DNA from: a virus
Reading direction: 5' to 3' (one strand)
DNA length: 64,000 nt
IMG/VR virus record: IMGVR_UViG_3300018475_000123
The notes beneath the pieces were generated by a model that saw nothing but the letters and a program-made list of their open reading frames with translations, had not been told where the DNA came from and searched no databases. Of this stretch, positions 38,745 to 48,238 are shown piece by piece. Position 1 is the first letter of the stretch. Every line of letters starts with the position of its first letter. The translations under genes were made by a program, and so were the position numbers.

Positions 38745-40232
38745 TTAGAAATTGCCGTTGTGCAGATTATTTCTCACATCTGCCAGAGTGTACTTGGTAA
38801 CAAACTCGCCATCTTCAAAGACGGGGACAAGTTCATTGTTATCCTGTGCCTGTGCCCATGTCAGACCGTCTTCATAAGCATAGCCGTCAGCGGTCTTATA
38901 CACACGGCAGCAACCACGCTGAGATTTCTTGAAATGACCGGAATCGGTCTTGGGGTTCTTGAAAATCATAATGGGAGCGCCGTTTGCATCCTCAGCATAG
39001 GTGGCCTTGACGGCGATGCCGAATGTGTCACGGGTATAGGGGTTGTACTCTGTTCGGAAGTCTGCAATGGTTTCCAGACACTGCATAGAGAACGAACCAA
39101 CGCCCAAAGAAACATTGTTAATTGCAAACCCATTCCGCTCCAGGCGCTTATAGATTTCTTCGCATCTCTGTGGCGTAATGCTGTCGCCGTAGATGGCTTT
39201 CACATGAGGATTCAGCACCTTAAATCCCTTGCTGTTGACAGTGCCACCGAAGATGTCCCACAGCTTAAACACGGTCTGTGTTACAACCTCAACAGGGTTG
39301 CCACTGTCGCCACGGATGGAGATAAATCCATCGTGCGCAAGGATTTCGTCCTTGAGCTGAGGAAGAATGTTATCCACCAGATTCCAGTAGTCGTAACTGT
39401 CGCTCACCATTGAGAAACTTTGGTGAGGATAGACCTCAGTCAGCAGGCGACGAACATGGGTGATTTCGTCTCCGTCGATGGCAAAGTTGGAACACATAAC
39501 GCTGTGCTCAGTGGACAGGGCGCCAAAAGCAACCGGCTCTGTGGAACTGTCACACAGGTAGTTGTCCTCCAACCAAAGGATGGCGGGAACAGTTGCCGTA
39601 TTCAGAAAACTGAGGCAGAAAGCGGCAGAACTCTTGGTTGCACTCTCAACACTCTCCTGGCCACGCATAGAAAAATCGCCAAGGAGTCTTGCACGGGGCA
39701 CGCTGTCATCACAGGTGCGATCAGCAAACTCATTGACGATCTGACGATAACGATAACCGACTTCTGCGGAAACCTGCGTGTGCCACATGGTACAGGACAG
39801 CATGGTTTCAATGGAATTAACCAACCACACAAAGTCGGGATGTGTGTTGGAGATTTCGATCTGTGGAACCTTAATATCAGAGCGGGTTCCTTCGGGGAGT
39901 GCTCTGATTTTCAGAGGCAGATAACCGAGATTGTAGAGTTTCTCGATGCGCTCCTCGCCAACACCGTTCGTGCCGATAGTGGCGTTGAGCACACGCTTGT
40001 ACTCTTCCAGAACCTTGGGATAGGGCTTGTCAAAGAAGTTCTCATTGAACGCATCGATGAGATACTCCTGAATGAACGCCTGCAGACCAAAGAGAGTGAT
40101 CTTCCCAGTGTCCTGGAGTCTGGACATTCTGGGCGTATAGTAGGAGACCATTTTGGTCAGTCCCTTGGGGTACTGATCTGCGTGGGCGGTCTTGTAAAAA
40201 TCCAGACACAGCAGAGGATTGTAATGTATCAT
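38745..40232 (-). CDS. nicotinamide phosphoribosyltransferase family (NadV/NAMPT or its NARP1 paralog Namat)
   Basis: 495 aa. N-terminal LLCLDFYKTAHADQYP matches the NAMPT family start (LL.tDsYK..H..qYP). The length fits NAMPT rather than PncB. Confidence 0.7.
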   Translation of the reverse strand: MIHYNPLLCLDFYKTAHADQYPKGLTKMVSYYTPRMSRLQDTGKITLFGLQAFIQEYLIDAFNENFFDKPYPKVLEEYKRVLNATIGTNGVGEERIEKLYNLGYLPLKIRALPEGTRSDIKVPQIEISNTHPDFVWLVNSIETMLSCTMWHTQVSAEVGYRYRQIVNEFADRTCDDSVPRARLLGDFSMRGQESVESATKSSAAFCLSFLNTATVPAILWLEDNYLCDSSTEPVAFGALSTEHSVMCSNFAIDGDEITHVRRLLTEVYPHQSFSMVSDSYDYWNLVDNILPQLKDEILAHDGFISIRGDSGNPVEVVTQTVFKLWDIFGGTVNSKGFKVLNPHVKAIYGDSITPQRCEEIYKRLERNGFAINNVSLGVGSFSMQCLETIADFRTEYNPYTRDTFGIAVKATYAEDANGAPIMIFKNPKTDSGHFKKSQRGCCRVYKTADGYAYEDGLTWAQAQDNNELVPVFEDGEFVTKYTLADVRNNLHNGNF

Positions 40233-40459
40233 TTCTTCTTACCCTCTTTCAAATTTTTAGGAATGCCATATTTTGCAAAGTACAGGGCAAAGGCAAATGG
40301 TGCGGCAACAGGCCATAAAACTCCCATAACCACGCAATATCCAGCCTTGTCATGCCAACCTCTGCCATAGTCGCTGTCAGCGAAAATATACAGATAGTAC
40401 AATGCAAATGTAACAAATGCACCAACGCAAATGTATAAAAGCATCAGCAGAAAAATCAC
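40229..40459 (-). CDS. small membrane protein
   Basis: 76 aa, two TM helices. Confidence 0.3.
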   Translation of the reverse strand: MIFLLMLLYICVGAFVTFALYYLYIFADSDYGRGWHDKAGYCVVMGVLWPVAAPFAFALYFAKYGIPKNLKEGKKK

Positions 40460-41661
40460 TCTTCGTCACCTGCCTTAAAGTTGTAGATAGGCTTGATGAC
40501 TGCTTCGATTGTGACTGTAGGCTCGATGTTGTCAACAATATCGGACATATTCTTATATGCCATCGGACACTCGTCAAGCGTGCTCCTACCAACAGAAGTG
40601 GTGTAGATACCGTCCATCTGTTTCTTGAACTCGGACACAGTAAAGGTCTGCTTTGCCGCACTGCGGCTCATCAGACGACCAGCACCATGAGGAGCTGAAC
40701 AGTTCCAGTCTTCGTTGCCCTTACCAACGCAAATCAGACTGCCATCTCTCATGTTAATGGGGATCAACAGCTTTTCACCTGCCTGCGCAGAAACTGCACC
40801 CTTGCGGAGGATCATGTTATCCACATCGATGTAGTTGTGAATGGTGGTGAACTGCTCAACAACATGGAAGCCCATCTCTTTTACGATGGTGTCCATCATA
40901 GCCTGACGATTGAGGTTTGCAAACCGTTGAGCAATACGCATATCATGCAGATACTGCTCAAAAAGCTCGCCCTCCACATATGCAAGAGGCTTCGGAATAG
41001 GCGAATGCTTGGACTTCAACTGCTTGAGAACGCTCTGAATCTCTTTCTGACGGCCAGCAGCTTTCAACTCCTCGACCTTTGCATCAATTTCCTCTTTGCT
41101 GTACGAGGTTAATGCTTTGTATGCTGCTTCCTGATAGAAGTTAGCAATTTCAAGGCCGAGATGACGGCTGCCGGAGTGAACTACGATGTATATGTTTCCA
41201 GCATCGTCTTGGTTTGCCTCAATGAAATGGTTACCACCGCCGAGCGTGCCAATGCTGCTGTATGCACGGTCGATGTTTACCTTTTTGGCGCAGCAAAGCT
41301 CTGACAGGTCGATATCCTTGGCAAATCGGTGTTCCTTTTTACGAATCTCAAACCCGGATGGAATACCAGCACGAATTACCTTGTCCAACTTCTGCGGCTC
41401 GATATGCGCTTCCTTGATGCGGATCGTTTCCATTCCGCATCCGATGTCCACGCCAACGAGGTTGGGGCAAATCTTATCCTTGATTGTCATAGTGGTGCCA
41501 ATGGTGCATCCTGCTCCGGCGTGAATGTCCGGCATCATACGAACTCGGCTGCCCTCAATATAGGGCTGGTTCAAAAGGTTAATTACCTGCGAAATCGACT
41601 CGTTGTCAACCACATCGGTAAACACCTTGGCAGTTGCGTATTTGCCCTGCAACTCAATCAT
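40456..41661 (-). CDS. rtcB: RtcB RNA 3'-phosphate/5'-OH ligase
   Basis: MPDIHAGAGCTIGTT, GGGNHFIE, HSGSRHLG and C-terminal HGAGR motifs. Confidence 0.85.
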   Translation of the reverse strand: MIELQGKYATAKVFTDVVDNESISQVINLLNQPYIEGSRVRMMPDIHAGAGCTIGTTMTIKDKICPNLVGVDIGCGMETIRIKEAHIEPQKLDKVIRAGIPSGFEIRKKEHRFAKDIDLSELCCAKKVNIDRAYSSIGTLGGGNHFIEANQDDAGNIYIVVHSGSRHLGLEIANFYQEAAYKALTSYSKEEIDAKVEELKAAGRQKEIQSVLKQLKSKHSPIPKPLAYVEGELFEQYLHDMRIAQRFANLNRQAMMDTIVKEMGFHVVEQFTTIHNYIDVDNMILRKGAVSAQAGEKLLIPINMRDGSLICVGKGNEDWNCSAPHGAGRLMSRSAAKQTFTVSEFKKQMDGIYTTSVGRSTLDECPMAYKNMSDIVDNIEPTVTIEAVIKPIYNFKAGDEE

Positions 41662-41681
41662 AGGCTTGCCCTCCTTGAGAC

Positions 41682-42485
41682 TTACTGAATGACGGACACC
41701 TTCTCGTGCTCGCCACGGAAAATGCTTTCGGATGTGAACACATGGGTAATCAACCCATCTGTCAGAACTGAACCATCACGAATGGTATTTTCGCAATGGG
41801 TAACATAGAGGAAAATGTTTTCCGCACCAGCCTCTTTCAAAGCCTTTGCGGTGTGGGTAAATGTGCCACCACGGGAACAGATATCATCAACGATAAGGAC
41901 GGTTCTGCCCTCGACTTTATCCGCACCAACCAGTTCGAGCTTCTGGATTTTGCCAGTACGCCAATCTCTGTGCTTGATGCCGAACACATAGTCGCCCTGG
42001 ATTTGGGAAGAGTACCGCTTCGATGCACCCTCATCGGGATAACAAAGCAGAATGTCCTGCTTACCAAAGGTTTCCCGGATATTCTTCATTACAAACTCTT
42101 CCACGCATCTGGTTACACCAATCGACTGGAAGCGGTTAATCAGAGCTTCAGACACACTGGAGTGAGGGTCATACGCCGTAACCGAGTCAAACCCCAGTGC
42201 GTTGATGAAGTCGGCAAACCACTTGAGCGTAAACACTTCGTCGCCACTTTTCACCCTATCCATTCTGGCATTGGGGATATAGGGCATAATGAGGTTGATT
42301 TCCACGGAACGGTCTCTGTTTGAACGAATGTGGTTGGTAAGGTGCCAGACGAGAATACATTCGTGGTCACCATCATACAACCACTTAATATCATAGGTCA
42401 TTGCCTTACCAGTGTCAAACCGGAATGAGGTTGTACCGTCGGGAAAAGAGGTAAAACTGACTTCCTTTCCGTTCACGAAAATCAT
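41682..42485 (-). CDS. ribose-phosphate pyrophosphokinase homolog (Prs-like or Adps-like)
   Basis: PRPP-binding loop RTVLIVDDICSRGGTFTHTAKALKEAGA. N-terminal Prs-like domain. Confidence 0.7.
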   Translation of the reverse strand: MIFVNGKEVSFTSFPDGTTSFRFDTGKAMTYDIKWLYDGDHECILVWHLTNHIRSNRDRSVEINLIMPYIPNARMDRVKSGDEVFTLKWFADFINALGFDSVTAYDPHSSVSEALINRFQSIGVTRCVEEFVMKNIRETFGKQDILLCYPDEGASKRYSSQIQGDYVFGIKHRDWRTGKIQKLELVGADKVEGRTVLIVDDICSRGGTFTHTAKALKEAGAENIFLYVTHCENTIRDGSVLTDGLITHVFTSESIFRGEHEKVSVIQ

Positions 42486-42486
42486 A

Positions 42487-43041
42487 TTACGCCTCCCAGT
42501 TCTCGATGTTGATCTGGCACATCTTCATGGCAGCCAGCGCATTTGCATGGCTCTCAGGAGTGACTCCAGCACAGCAGGCCGCATCAACAGACAGCTTGAC
42601 TTCGGGCAGGAACGCCTTGATGAGCATGGCGTTGGAAATGACGCAGATGTCAGTACACAGACCGACGAGCGTGATCTCTTCGATTGGATTTTTCTTGTTC
42701 ATCTGAGCCAGCCAATCGGCAAGCTCGATGGAGCCAAAAGTGCCTTTCAGGAACACCTCGGCATCTTTGCCCTCCTTGGTGACCTTGGCATCGATAGCCT
42801 CATACACATCCTTGTGCAGTTCCCAGCCATCACTCAGATGACTGCAGTGGACAACGGGAAGCAGGCGACCTTCCTGAGTGTTGAGGTAATCCTCATAATG
42901 CGTATCATGCGTTACCGCATAAACGCCATCGAAGTTGTTGATTTTCTGGACAACATTGGGAACGATCTCCTGCGCTTCCTTAGAACCAAGAGCGCCAGAG
43001 ATGAAGTCACCCTGCATATCCACGACTACGAGAACCTTCAT
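42487..43041 (-). CDS. isochorismatase-family cysteine hydrolase (nicotinamidase PncA-like)
   Basis: KVLVVVDMQGDF and catalytic GLCTDICV motifs. ATG at 43041; the track start is a GTG. Confidence 0.7.
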   Translation of the reverse strand: MKVLVVVDMQGDFISGALGSKEAQEIVPNVVQKINNFDGVYAVTHDTHYEDYLNTQEGRLLPVVHCSHLSDGWELHKDVYEAIDAKVTKEGKDAEVFLKGTFGSIELADWLAQMNKKNPIEEITLVGLCTDICVISNAMLIKAFLPEVKLSVDAACCAGVTPESHANALAAMKMCQINIENWEA

Positions 43042-43190
43042 TCTTCGCACCTTCCTTTATTGATGTCGTCTTTATTTCGTTTGCGATTATACGCTTTCTT
43101 ATTCGGAACAATCTGAGTAACGGGGCGAGCGCACGACCAGAAATTCCTGGACTTTTTCGCTTTCTGCTTTTTCTCATTCTTTTCTGTCAT
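43038..43190 (-). CDS. 50-aa Lys/Arg-rich small protein, translationally coupled to the PncA-like gene (ATGA overlap)
   Basis: Strong RBS ggaggtg 6 nt upstream of the ATG at 43190. Below the 60-aa cut-off of the ORF track. Confidence 0.35.
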   Translation of the reverse strand: MTEKNEKKQKAKKSRNFWSCARPVTQIVPNKKAYNRKRNKDDINKGRCEE

Positions 43191-43462
43191 GTACTACACC
43201 TCCGTTATCAGACCCCTAATACCGTCCGCACGCCGCGCCTGTTGCATCTGTAGCGGCGTGTGCATAAAGTGACACTCGCTTTTGCGAGTATTGTTCTTTT
43301 AGGGGCTAAAAGAACAATACGAAGCAAAAAGAGTGAAGTGACCAAGGTCGTCCTTCTGCAATCTGCGAGAAGAAATTGTGTTTTTTGCTGAGGTTATATG
43401 TAAGACACAATCGATATCCACGGTATCAGAGTAATCTTAACTGCAGCCACGCAGTATCGATA

Positions 43463-44017
43463 TCAAAACAATGGAAGCAACTCTGCCAAAGCCCGGTCGA
43501 TTTCGGCCTGTTCATTAGCCTTTTTCTTTGCGTACTCGCTCTGCTGGATGGTCACATCAAGGATACACATAGACACCAGCTCCGTGACAGAAAACTCTTC
43601 CTCCGGTTCCTGATAGTCGCCTTCATCATTCGACTCGTCGGCAGGCTCCTCAAAGGGAAGCATATCGTCTTCATCGAAGTCACCATCTTCATCATCTTCG
43701 TCCCATCCGCCATAACGATCCATCCAGTCAAGGACATCACTCTTATAGCGTTCAAAGTCATCATCATTGAGACCCGCATAAACCATGTATCCTTCGGATA
43801 CATAGTAGTCATAGGAGCGATCAATGTCACAAAGACGGTCACGAACTTCACGCCATCCCATACCGTCGGTGACAGCATTACAAATATCCTCATCGATCAT
43901 ATTGTCAAGATCGTCATCGTGGTAAATATCTTCGCAAACACTACAGTCTTCGTCGCTGCAAAACTCTAACAGATGCCACCATTCGATGATATTCTCAATG
44001 AAATCGTTCCTTGTCAT
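43463..44017 (-). CDS. highly acidic protein (Asp/Glu-rich), candidate DNA mimic
   Basis: 184 aa with long D/E runs (WDEDDEDGDFDEDDML..EEPADESNDEGDYQEPEEE). Confidence 0.45.
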   Translation of the reverse strand: MTRNDFIENIIEWWHLLEFCSDEDCSVCEDIYHDDDLDNMIDEDICNAVTDGMGWREVRDRLCDIDRSYDYYVSEGYMVYAGLNDDDFERYKSDVLDWMDRYGGWDEDDEDGDFDEDDMLPFEEPADESNDEGDYQEPEEEFSVTELVSMCILDVTIQQSEYAKKKANEQAEIDRALAELLPLF

Positions 44018-44041
44018 CTGGACACCTCCTCGATTTATTTT

Positions 44042-44132
44042 TGGCTGGGGTAGCAGGACTTGAACCTGCGGTCGAGGGTAAACCTCTTGTCGGAGTCAAA
44101 GTCCGATGCCTTACCAACTTGGCGATACCCCA
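44042..44132 (-). tRNA. class II tRNA (long variable arm) with encoded CCA; the hand-folded anticodon reads UUG
   Basis: Acceptor TGGGGTA/TACCCCA, D-arm GCC-AAGTTGGTAA-GGC, anticodon arm TCGGA-CTTTGAC-TCCGA, stem-loop variable arm, T-arm GCAGG-TTCAAGT-CCTGC, 3' GCCA. Confidence 0.6.
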
Positions 44133-44290
44133 ATATTGATGTTCGGTTCCTGTCATTACACACGCACGACTCGCACCGGAGTCGAACCAGTTTCACCGAA
44201 AGCATCACCTATCAATGCTTACCAGCCGTGCAAATAATGGCAGATCAGAAAGGGATTGAAATCACCGCAGCCCAACACCAACTGCGGCAG

Positions 44291-44366
44291 TGGAGCTGGT
44301 GACAGGGATCGAACCCGCGACCCTCGGAGTACAAAACCGATACTCTACCAACTGAGCTACACCAGC
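44291..44366 (-). tRNA. tRNA-Thr (UGU)
   Basis: GCTGGTG..GCTCAGTTGGTAGAGT..TCGGT-TTTGTAC-TCCGA..GCGGG-TTCGATC-CCTGT..CACCAGC-T-CCA. Confidence 0.7.
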
Positions 44367-44680
44367 AGAAGAAAAGGGAGCCTAAACAGCGTGGTCGTTG
44401 CCTTACGCAATCACTGTTGCCCTCCAAACGGAGGTCTCAGGGGTACTGGTTTGCTCCCTGCTCTACTATTACCCCTTGTTCGATGTGCTCACTGGCACCC
44501 CAGTGCAGGCACTGAGTTTGTTTGAAGCCATTTCCTTGGCAGGTCGAAGCTAACCTCGCCGGTCTTCACGCACCCGGTCTGCGCCCTGCTGACGGGACTG
44601 ATCCCACATCTCGGGAGGAAGTGCGCACTTCAAGAGATGTCTGATACCGTCGCCCCTGTACGCTGCCAGCTTTGGGAGCT

Positions 44681-44756
44681 GGAGCTGGAAATCGGAATTG
44701 AACCGATGGCCTGCACAGTACGAAGGTGCCGCTCTACCAACTGAGCTATTCCAGCA
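44681..44756 (-). tRNA. tRNA-Thr (CGU)
   Basis: GCTGGAA..GCTCAGTTGGTAGAGC..GCACC-TTCGTAC-TGTGC..ATCGG-TTCAATT-CCGAT..TTCCAGC-T-CCA. Confidence 0.7.
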
Positions 44757-44768
44757 AATAAGTGGTGC

Positions 44769-45443
44769 TCAAATCGGCACCACTTTATTAAAGAGAGCAA
44801 CGAACTGCTCATTTACCTGCTTGTCAACATGGTAATGGCCGAAATACCACCTCTTGAACTTAAGCTCTGAATAGATACGCTCAAGAAAGCTCACGACCGG
44901 ATCGTTTTCATACCATGGTGAGAGAAGCATTTGAACACTTCGAGGCGCACAGTGAGTGATGGCATAGTCAACCTTCCAATTTACCGCATCGAGACTGGAT
45001 ATGGCATACTCCATCTCTTCTCTGGATGGGATTTCTTCTTTCCACCAGGAAATATGCTCAATGCGATGCTCTTTGTCGATTGACCTTGCACCACCCATGA
45101 CAAATATCTTCTTTCTGTCGATTGTCAAAACCTGACCTCTTTCCAGATGATAAATGTCCGGTGCAATCTCTCGCACATAGCCGCCGAACTTCTTTTTCAG
45201 TGGCATACAACGGAGGATATCGAAGTTTTCATGGTTGCCATCAACGAAAAGCGTTACGAAATTCTTGTTTGATAGCCAATCTTGCCAGTATATCTCTCTG
45301 GCAGAGCCGTCCCACACAAGGCCAAAGTCACCACAAATAATGAGGTAGTCTTTTTTCGTTAGCTCTTTTTGTTGTGGAAAGTTCGTAGTGTTCAGTTTAC
45401 TTATGTCGATATTGGCATGGGTATCGCCAGTGACATAAATCAT
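44769..45443 (-). CDS. metallophosphoesterase (lambda-PP-like Ser/Thr phosphatase fold)
   Basis: GDTHAN, ICGDFG and GNHENF motifs. Confidence 0.65.
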   Translation of the reverse strand: MIYVTGDTHANIDISKLNTTNFPQQKELTKKDYLIICGDFGLVWDGSAREIYWQDWLSNKNFVTLFVDGNHENFDILRCMPLKKKFGGYVREIAPDIYHLERGQVLTIDRKKIFVMGGARSIDKEHRIEHISWWKEEIPSREEMEYAISSLDAVNWKVDYAITHCAPRSVQMLLSPWYENDPVVSFLERIYSELKFKRWYFGHYHVDKQVNEQFVALFNKVVPI

Positions 45444-45842
45444 TCTGTCACCTCCGTATGGTTTGGAATACCTGTGATCTCATAGGATATAGGATCATGG
45501 CCATCTGGAGACACTGGGACTCAAGAGCTGAGGCTGATGAGATGCCTCTTGATTTTTTGTCGCCAAATGAGGGATTTGGATTGAGACTTTTGGCTGGGAA
45601 TCAGGCGAAACCAGATTTCTGGGGGTCGGCGGGTGACCGAGGATCACCGGCGAGCCGATCGGCCACCTGGCGGAAGCGTTCGACGGCGCATCCTGCTGCC
45701 GTCCGGCTGCCGCAGCACGCCTGCTGCAGGTGCCCTTCAGGCGCCTTCTCTTCAGGCTGTATCCTGCTTCTCAGCTATTTGTTACTCACACCATCGGCGA
45801 TGAGCACCACATATTTGCGGTTATTCATCACAGGTATTTCAG

Positions 45843-46979
45843 TTATCGCAAATCTTCTCGGATATCCCGCAGAACATCTGCGCCCATTTTTTCGTTGATA
45901 TGTTTGATGATGCCGTCGATGGCATCCTTTTCTACCATGCGGTAGTAGTTGTAGTAGCCGTCCAGAACCTGAACATCATGCTTATCCCAAGAGACGCCAT
46001 TTCTGCGATCCAGAATGTAGCTGTGCAGCATACTCTGGAACTGGCGCTTTCTCTTGTGGCCGACAGTGATTTCGTTGTCCTTGTTCAGCATCACTCCGAG
46101 ATTCCAATTCCGTCCTGCGGAGGAACCATATCTCGTCTTGGCACTGTTAATAGTGAATGGCGCATTGAACTCGGCCAAAACATCCACAACGGCCTTTTCA
46201 ATCGCCCTCACATCAAAGGTGTACTTTGAGGAGATGATAAAATCGTCGGCATATCTTGTGTATGTATAGCTCTGCTTTTCAAAATCCCTAAACTTATTTG
46301 CCAACTTATAATCAATAGGAATCATCATAACATTGGTGATAAGCGGAGAAATCGGGGTTCCCTGCGGGAGACCACCATTCAGAAAAGCCAGTTCAAGAGC
46401 AGTTCTCAGTTCGCTTTTACCGATCTCGTACTTGACGATTTCACTGAACGGAAAAATCATACTGAACTGTTGCATGACAAAGTCAATGGTTGTACTTCCA
46501 AAGAAGTTGGACAGGTCATACTTACCAAACCACTTGCTGTCATTTTTCTGGTGACGCTTTACTGCATCGATTGTGCTTCTACCTTTCACATATGCAAACG
46601 CAGAAGTGTGATAAAGCGTGTGGAAATACTCTTCAAAGATGGTTTTCAGCCTTCGGAGTGCATCCATCAGTTCCGGCTGTGGGGCATCAATTCGGCGCAA
46701 GCCACCGCTTTTCTTAGGAATATAGAAAGTGGTGTAAATATCTTCACGCTTTTTCTCACGAAGCGTAGCTGTGCTCTCATTGAAACGAACCAGATGCTGA
46801 ATCAGCTCGGTTACATCAATGCTGTCCTTAAAACGATTGCTGATATGATCGAACTCATAGGTTCTTGTGTTGCCAATATTACGATTGACGACCGGACTGT
46901 CTTCATAAGACTTAAACAAAAATTCCTCCAGTGTCATCTGGTGATACATGGGGGATTGCATGACTGTGATGTAAACCAA
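45843..46979 (-). CDS. reverse transcriptase, stand-alone (retron-, DGR- or defence-RT-like; no maturase, endonuclease or other fused domain)
   Basis: RT motifs FAYVKGRSTIDAV (motif 2), GLPQGTPISPLITNVMM (motif 4) and YTRYADDFIIS (motif 5, YADD). Thumb-like INSAKT...ITVGHKRKR is similar to the retron Ec86 thumb. Confidence 0.75.
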   Translation of the reverse strand: MVYITVMQSPMYHQMTLEEFLFKSYEDSPVVNRNIGNTRTYEFDHISNRFKDSIDVTELIQHLVRFNESTATLREKKREDIYTTFYIPKKSGGLRRIDAPQPELMDALRRLKTIFEEYFHTLYHTSAFAYVKGRSTIDAVKRHQKNDSKWFGKYDLSNFFGSTTIDFVMQQFSMIFPFSEIVKYEIGKSELRTALELAFLNGGLPQGTPISPLITNVMMIPIDYKLANKFRDFEKQSYTYTRYADDFIISSKYTFDVRAIEKAVVDVLAEFNAPFTINSAKTRYGSSAGRNWNLGVMLNKDNEITVGHKRKRQFQSMLHSYILDRRNGVSWDKHDVQVLDGYYNYYRMVEKDAIDGIIKHINEKMGADVLRDIREDLR

Positions 46980-47374
46980 CTTTTACACCTCTTTTCATAT
47001 TAGGATTTATCTGTAACCAACACAGGTATTGGATGTCGGCGATGATCTTAAGAAGGATCGTATTTACCTGGATTACGAGAGTTCAGAGGCAGAAAGTCAA
47101 GAGGCTTTACCAGCGAAATTAAATAATTTTGCTGGAAAACCGCCAGCGGATGGCGGGCGGGTGACGAATCCGACGCGTCTTCGGCCCGTCGACCTTCCAA
47201 CGGAGGTGGTTCGAGTCCTGATGACGACTCAACCCTGCTGCATCGAGCTGCAGTCCCGGGCTCTCATCTGGGGCTTCTCCTCCTCATTCTCCACAAGTTG
47301 TTACTTCAGCTATCGGCGTGAAGCTCCTCTTACACGAAGAAGAAAATGCGTTACAGATATTGGTGTGTTTAGGG
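46980..47374. other. about 395-bp structured non-coding region immediately 5' of the RT gene (candidate RT template or ncRNA)
   Basis: No credible ORF. Nested inverted repeats, including ccagcaaaattatttaatttcgctgg and gacgcgtc, plus a tRNA T-loop-like ggttcgagtcc element. Confidence 0.3.
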
Positions 47375-48214
47375 TCACACCAAACCCAAAAGTGCAAGGA
47401 TTTCTTCGGTTGTTCCTACAGCCATAGGCTGTACATCAAACGGGATCAGTTCATAAATTCCGTCTGCAATTTCCTCGACCTTGGCATCAAGACGAATTTT
47501 GCAGGTCGGTCGAATACCATGTGCTCTTGCCGGGGTGCTATAACTGACATACCCCATTCGGTCAAGAATGCTTACCGAACTGGCGAAACGATCATGTTTA
47601 TCAGCAAGGAAGTACGGCATGAACTGAACCTCGCCCTCGTAGCCAGTCATCCGACCTTTTCTATCGATCAGGTCTACGGATGGATGGGCACGAACACCCT
47701 TTTTCTTGAACAAGTTGAACTTGCTGTCCCCGAACACATCCGCCAGTTTGGGGAGACGGATTTTAGAAGTGATCTGGTCTTCACCAACTGTGAATGTCTG
47801 CGGAAGAATACAATTCAGCTCAAATTCCTCGAAGTGATAGAGGAAGCCACAGTGATCTGCGTATGTACCGATATGACCCTCAATGTCACTATACTGTCTG
47901 CTCGGGGCGTTATCGTTTGTATGCTGAGGGATATACCAGGAAGTTTCGGTGCTGTTCAGGAAACAGTGGATGTTGGAGAGCAGGTAATTCGGATTACCGG
48001 GCCCCATGTATGTAGAGCCGTTGTCTCTTACGGCCTGTTCTTTTGCGTCAAAACACAGGAAATCCAGCGTGTTTGTAGCGATAAAATCGCCGTTTGGAGT
48101 TGCTTTCGTCCACGAGATAGGCACCGGCTCGGCCAGATTATCAACGCTATACTTGCCAATGAGCACTTTGCTGCCCTGACGCAGACTCTTTACTGTCGGT
48201 TGCACGATGGCCAC
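47375..48214 (-). CDS. hypothetical protein
   Basis: 279 aa, located between the E1-like gene and the RT-associated non-coding region. Confidence 0.35.
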   Translation of the reverse strand: MAIVQPTVKSLRQGSKVLIGKYSVDNLAEPVPISWTKATPNGDFIATNTLDFLCFDAKEQAVRDNGSTYMGPGNPNYLLSNIHCFLNSTETSWYIPQHTNDNAPSRQYSDIEGHIGTYADHCGFLYHFEEFELNCILPQTFTVGEDQITSKIRLPKLADVFGDSKFNLFKKKGVRAHPSVDLIDRKGRMTGYEGEVQFMPYFLADKHDRFASSVSILDRMGYVSYSTPARAHGIRPTCKIRLDAKVEEIADGIYELIPFDVQPMAVGTTEEILALLGLV

Positions 48215-48238
48215 CTCCTATTGCTTATTTCTTACCGA

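Noticed and set aside
38745-40232. assigning this gene as PncB (nicotinate phosphoribosyltransferase) to complete a Preiss-Handler pathway with PncA and NadE
   Set aside because: The length (495 aa) and the N-terminal LLxxDxYKxxHxxQYP pattern fit the NAMPT family better than PncB (about 400 aa); it is kept as NAMPT-family.
44160-44240. tRNA-like T-loop motif ggagtcgaaccag (reverse complement GGTTCGACTCC) suggesting another tRNA
   Set aside because: No acceptor stem or D-arm can be formed. The motif is half of a simple palindrome (GACTC...GAGTC). It is more likely a hairpin than a tRNA.
47195-47215. plus-strand GGTTCGAGTCC T-loop motif inside the RT-upstream non-coding region
   Set aside because: The flanking 5-nt segments (GGTGG/CCTGA) do not pair, and no acceptor or CCA follows. 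It is treated as part of the structured leader, not a tRNA or tmRNA.
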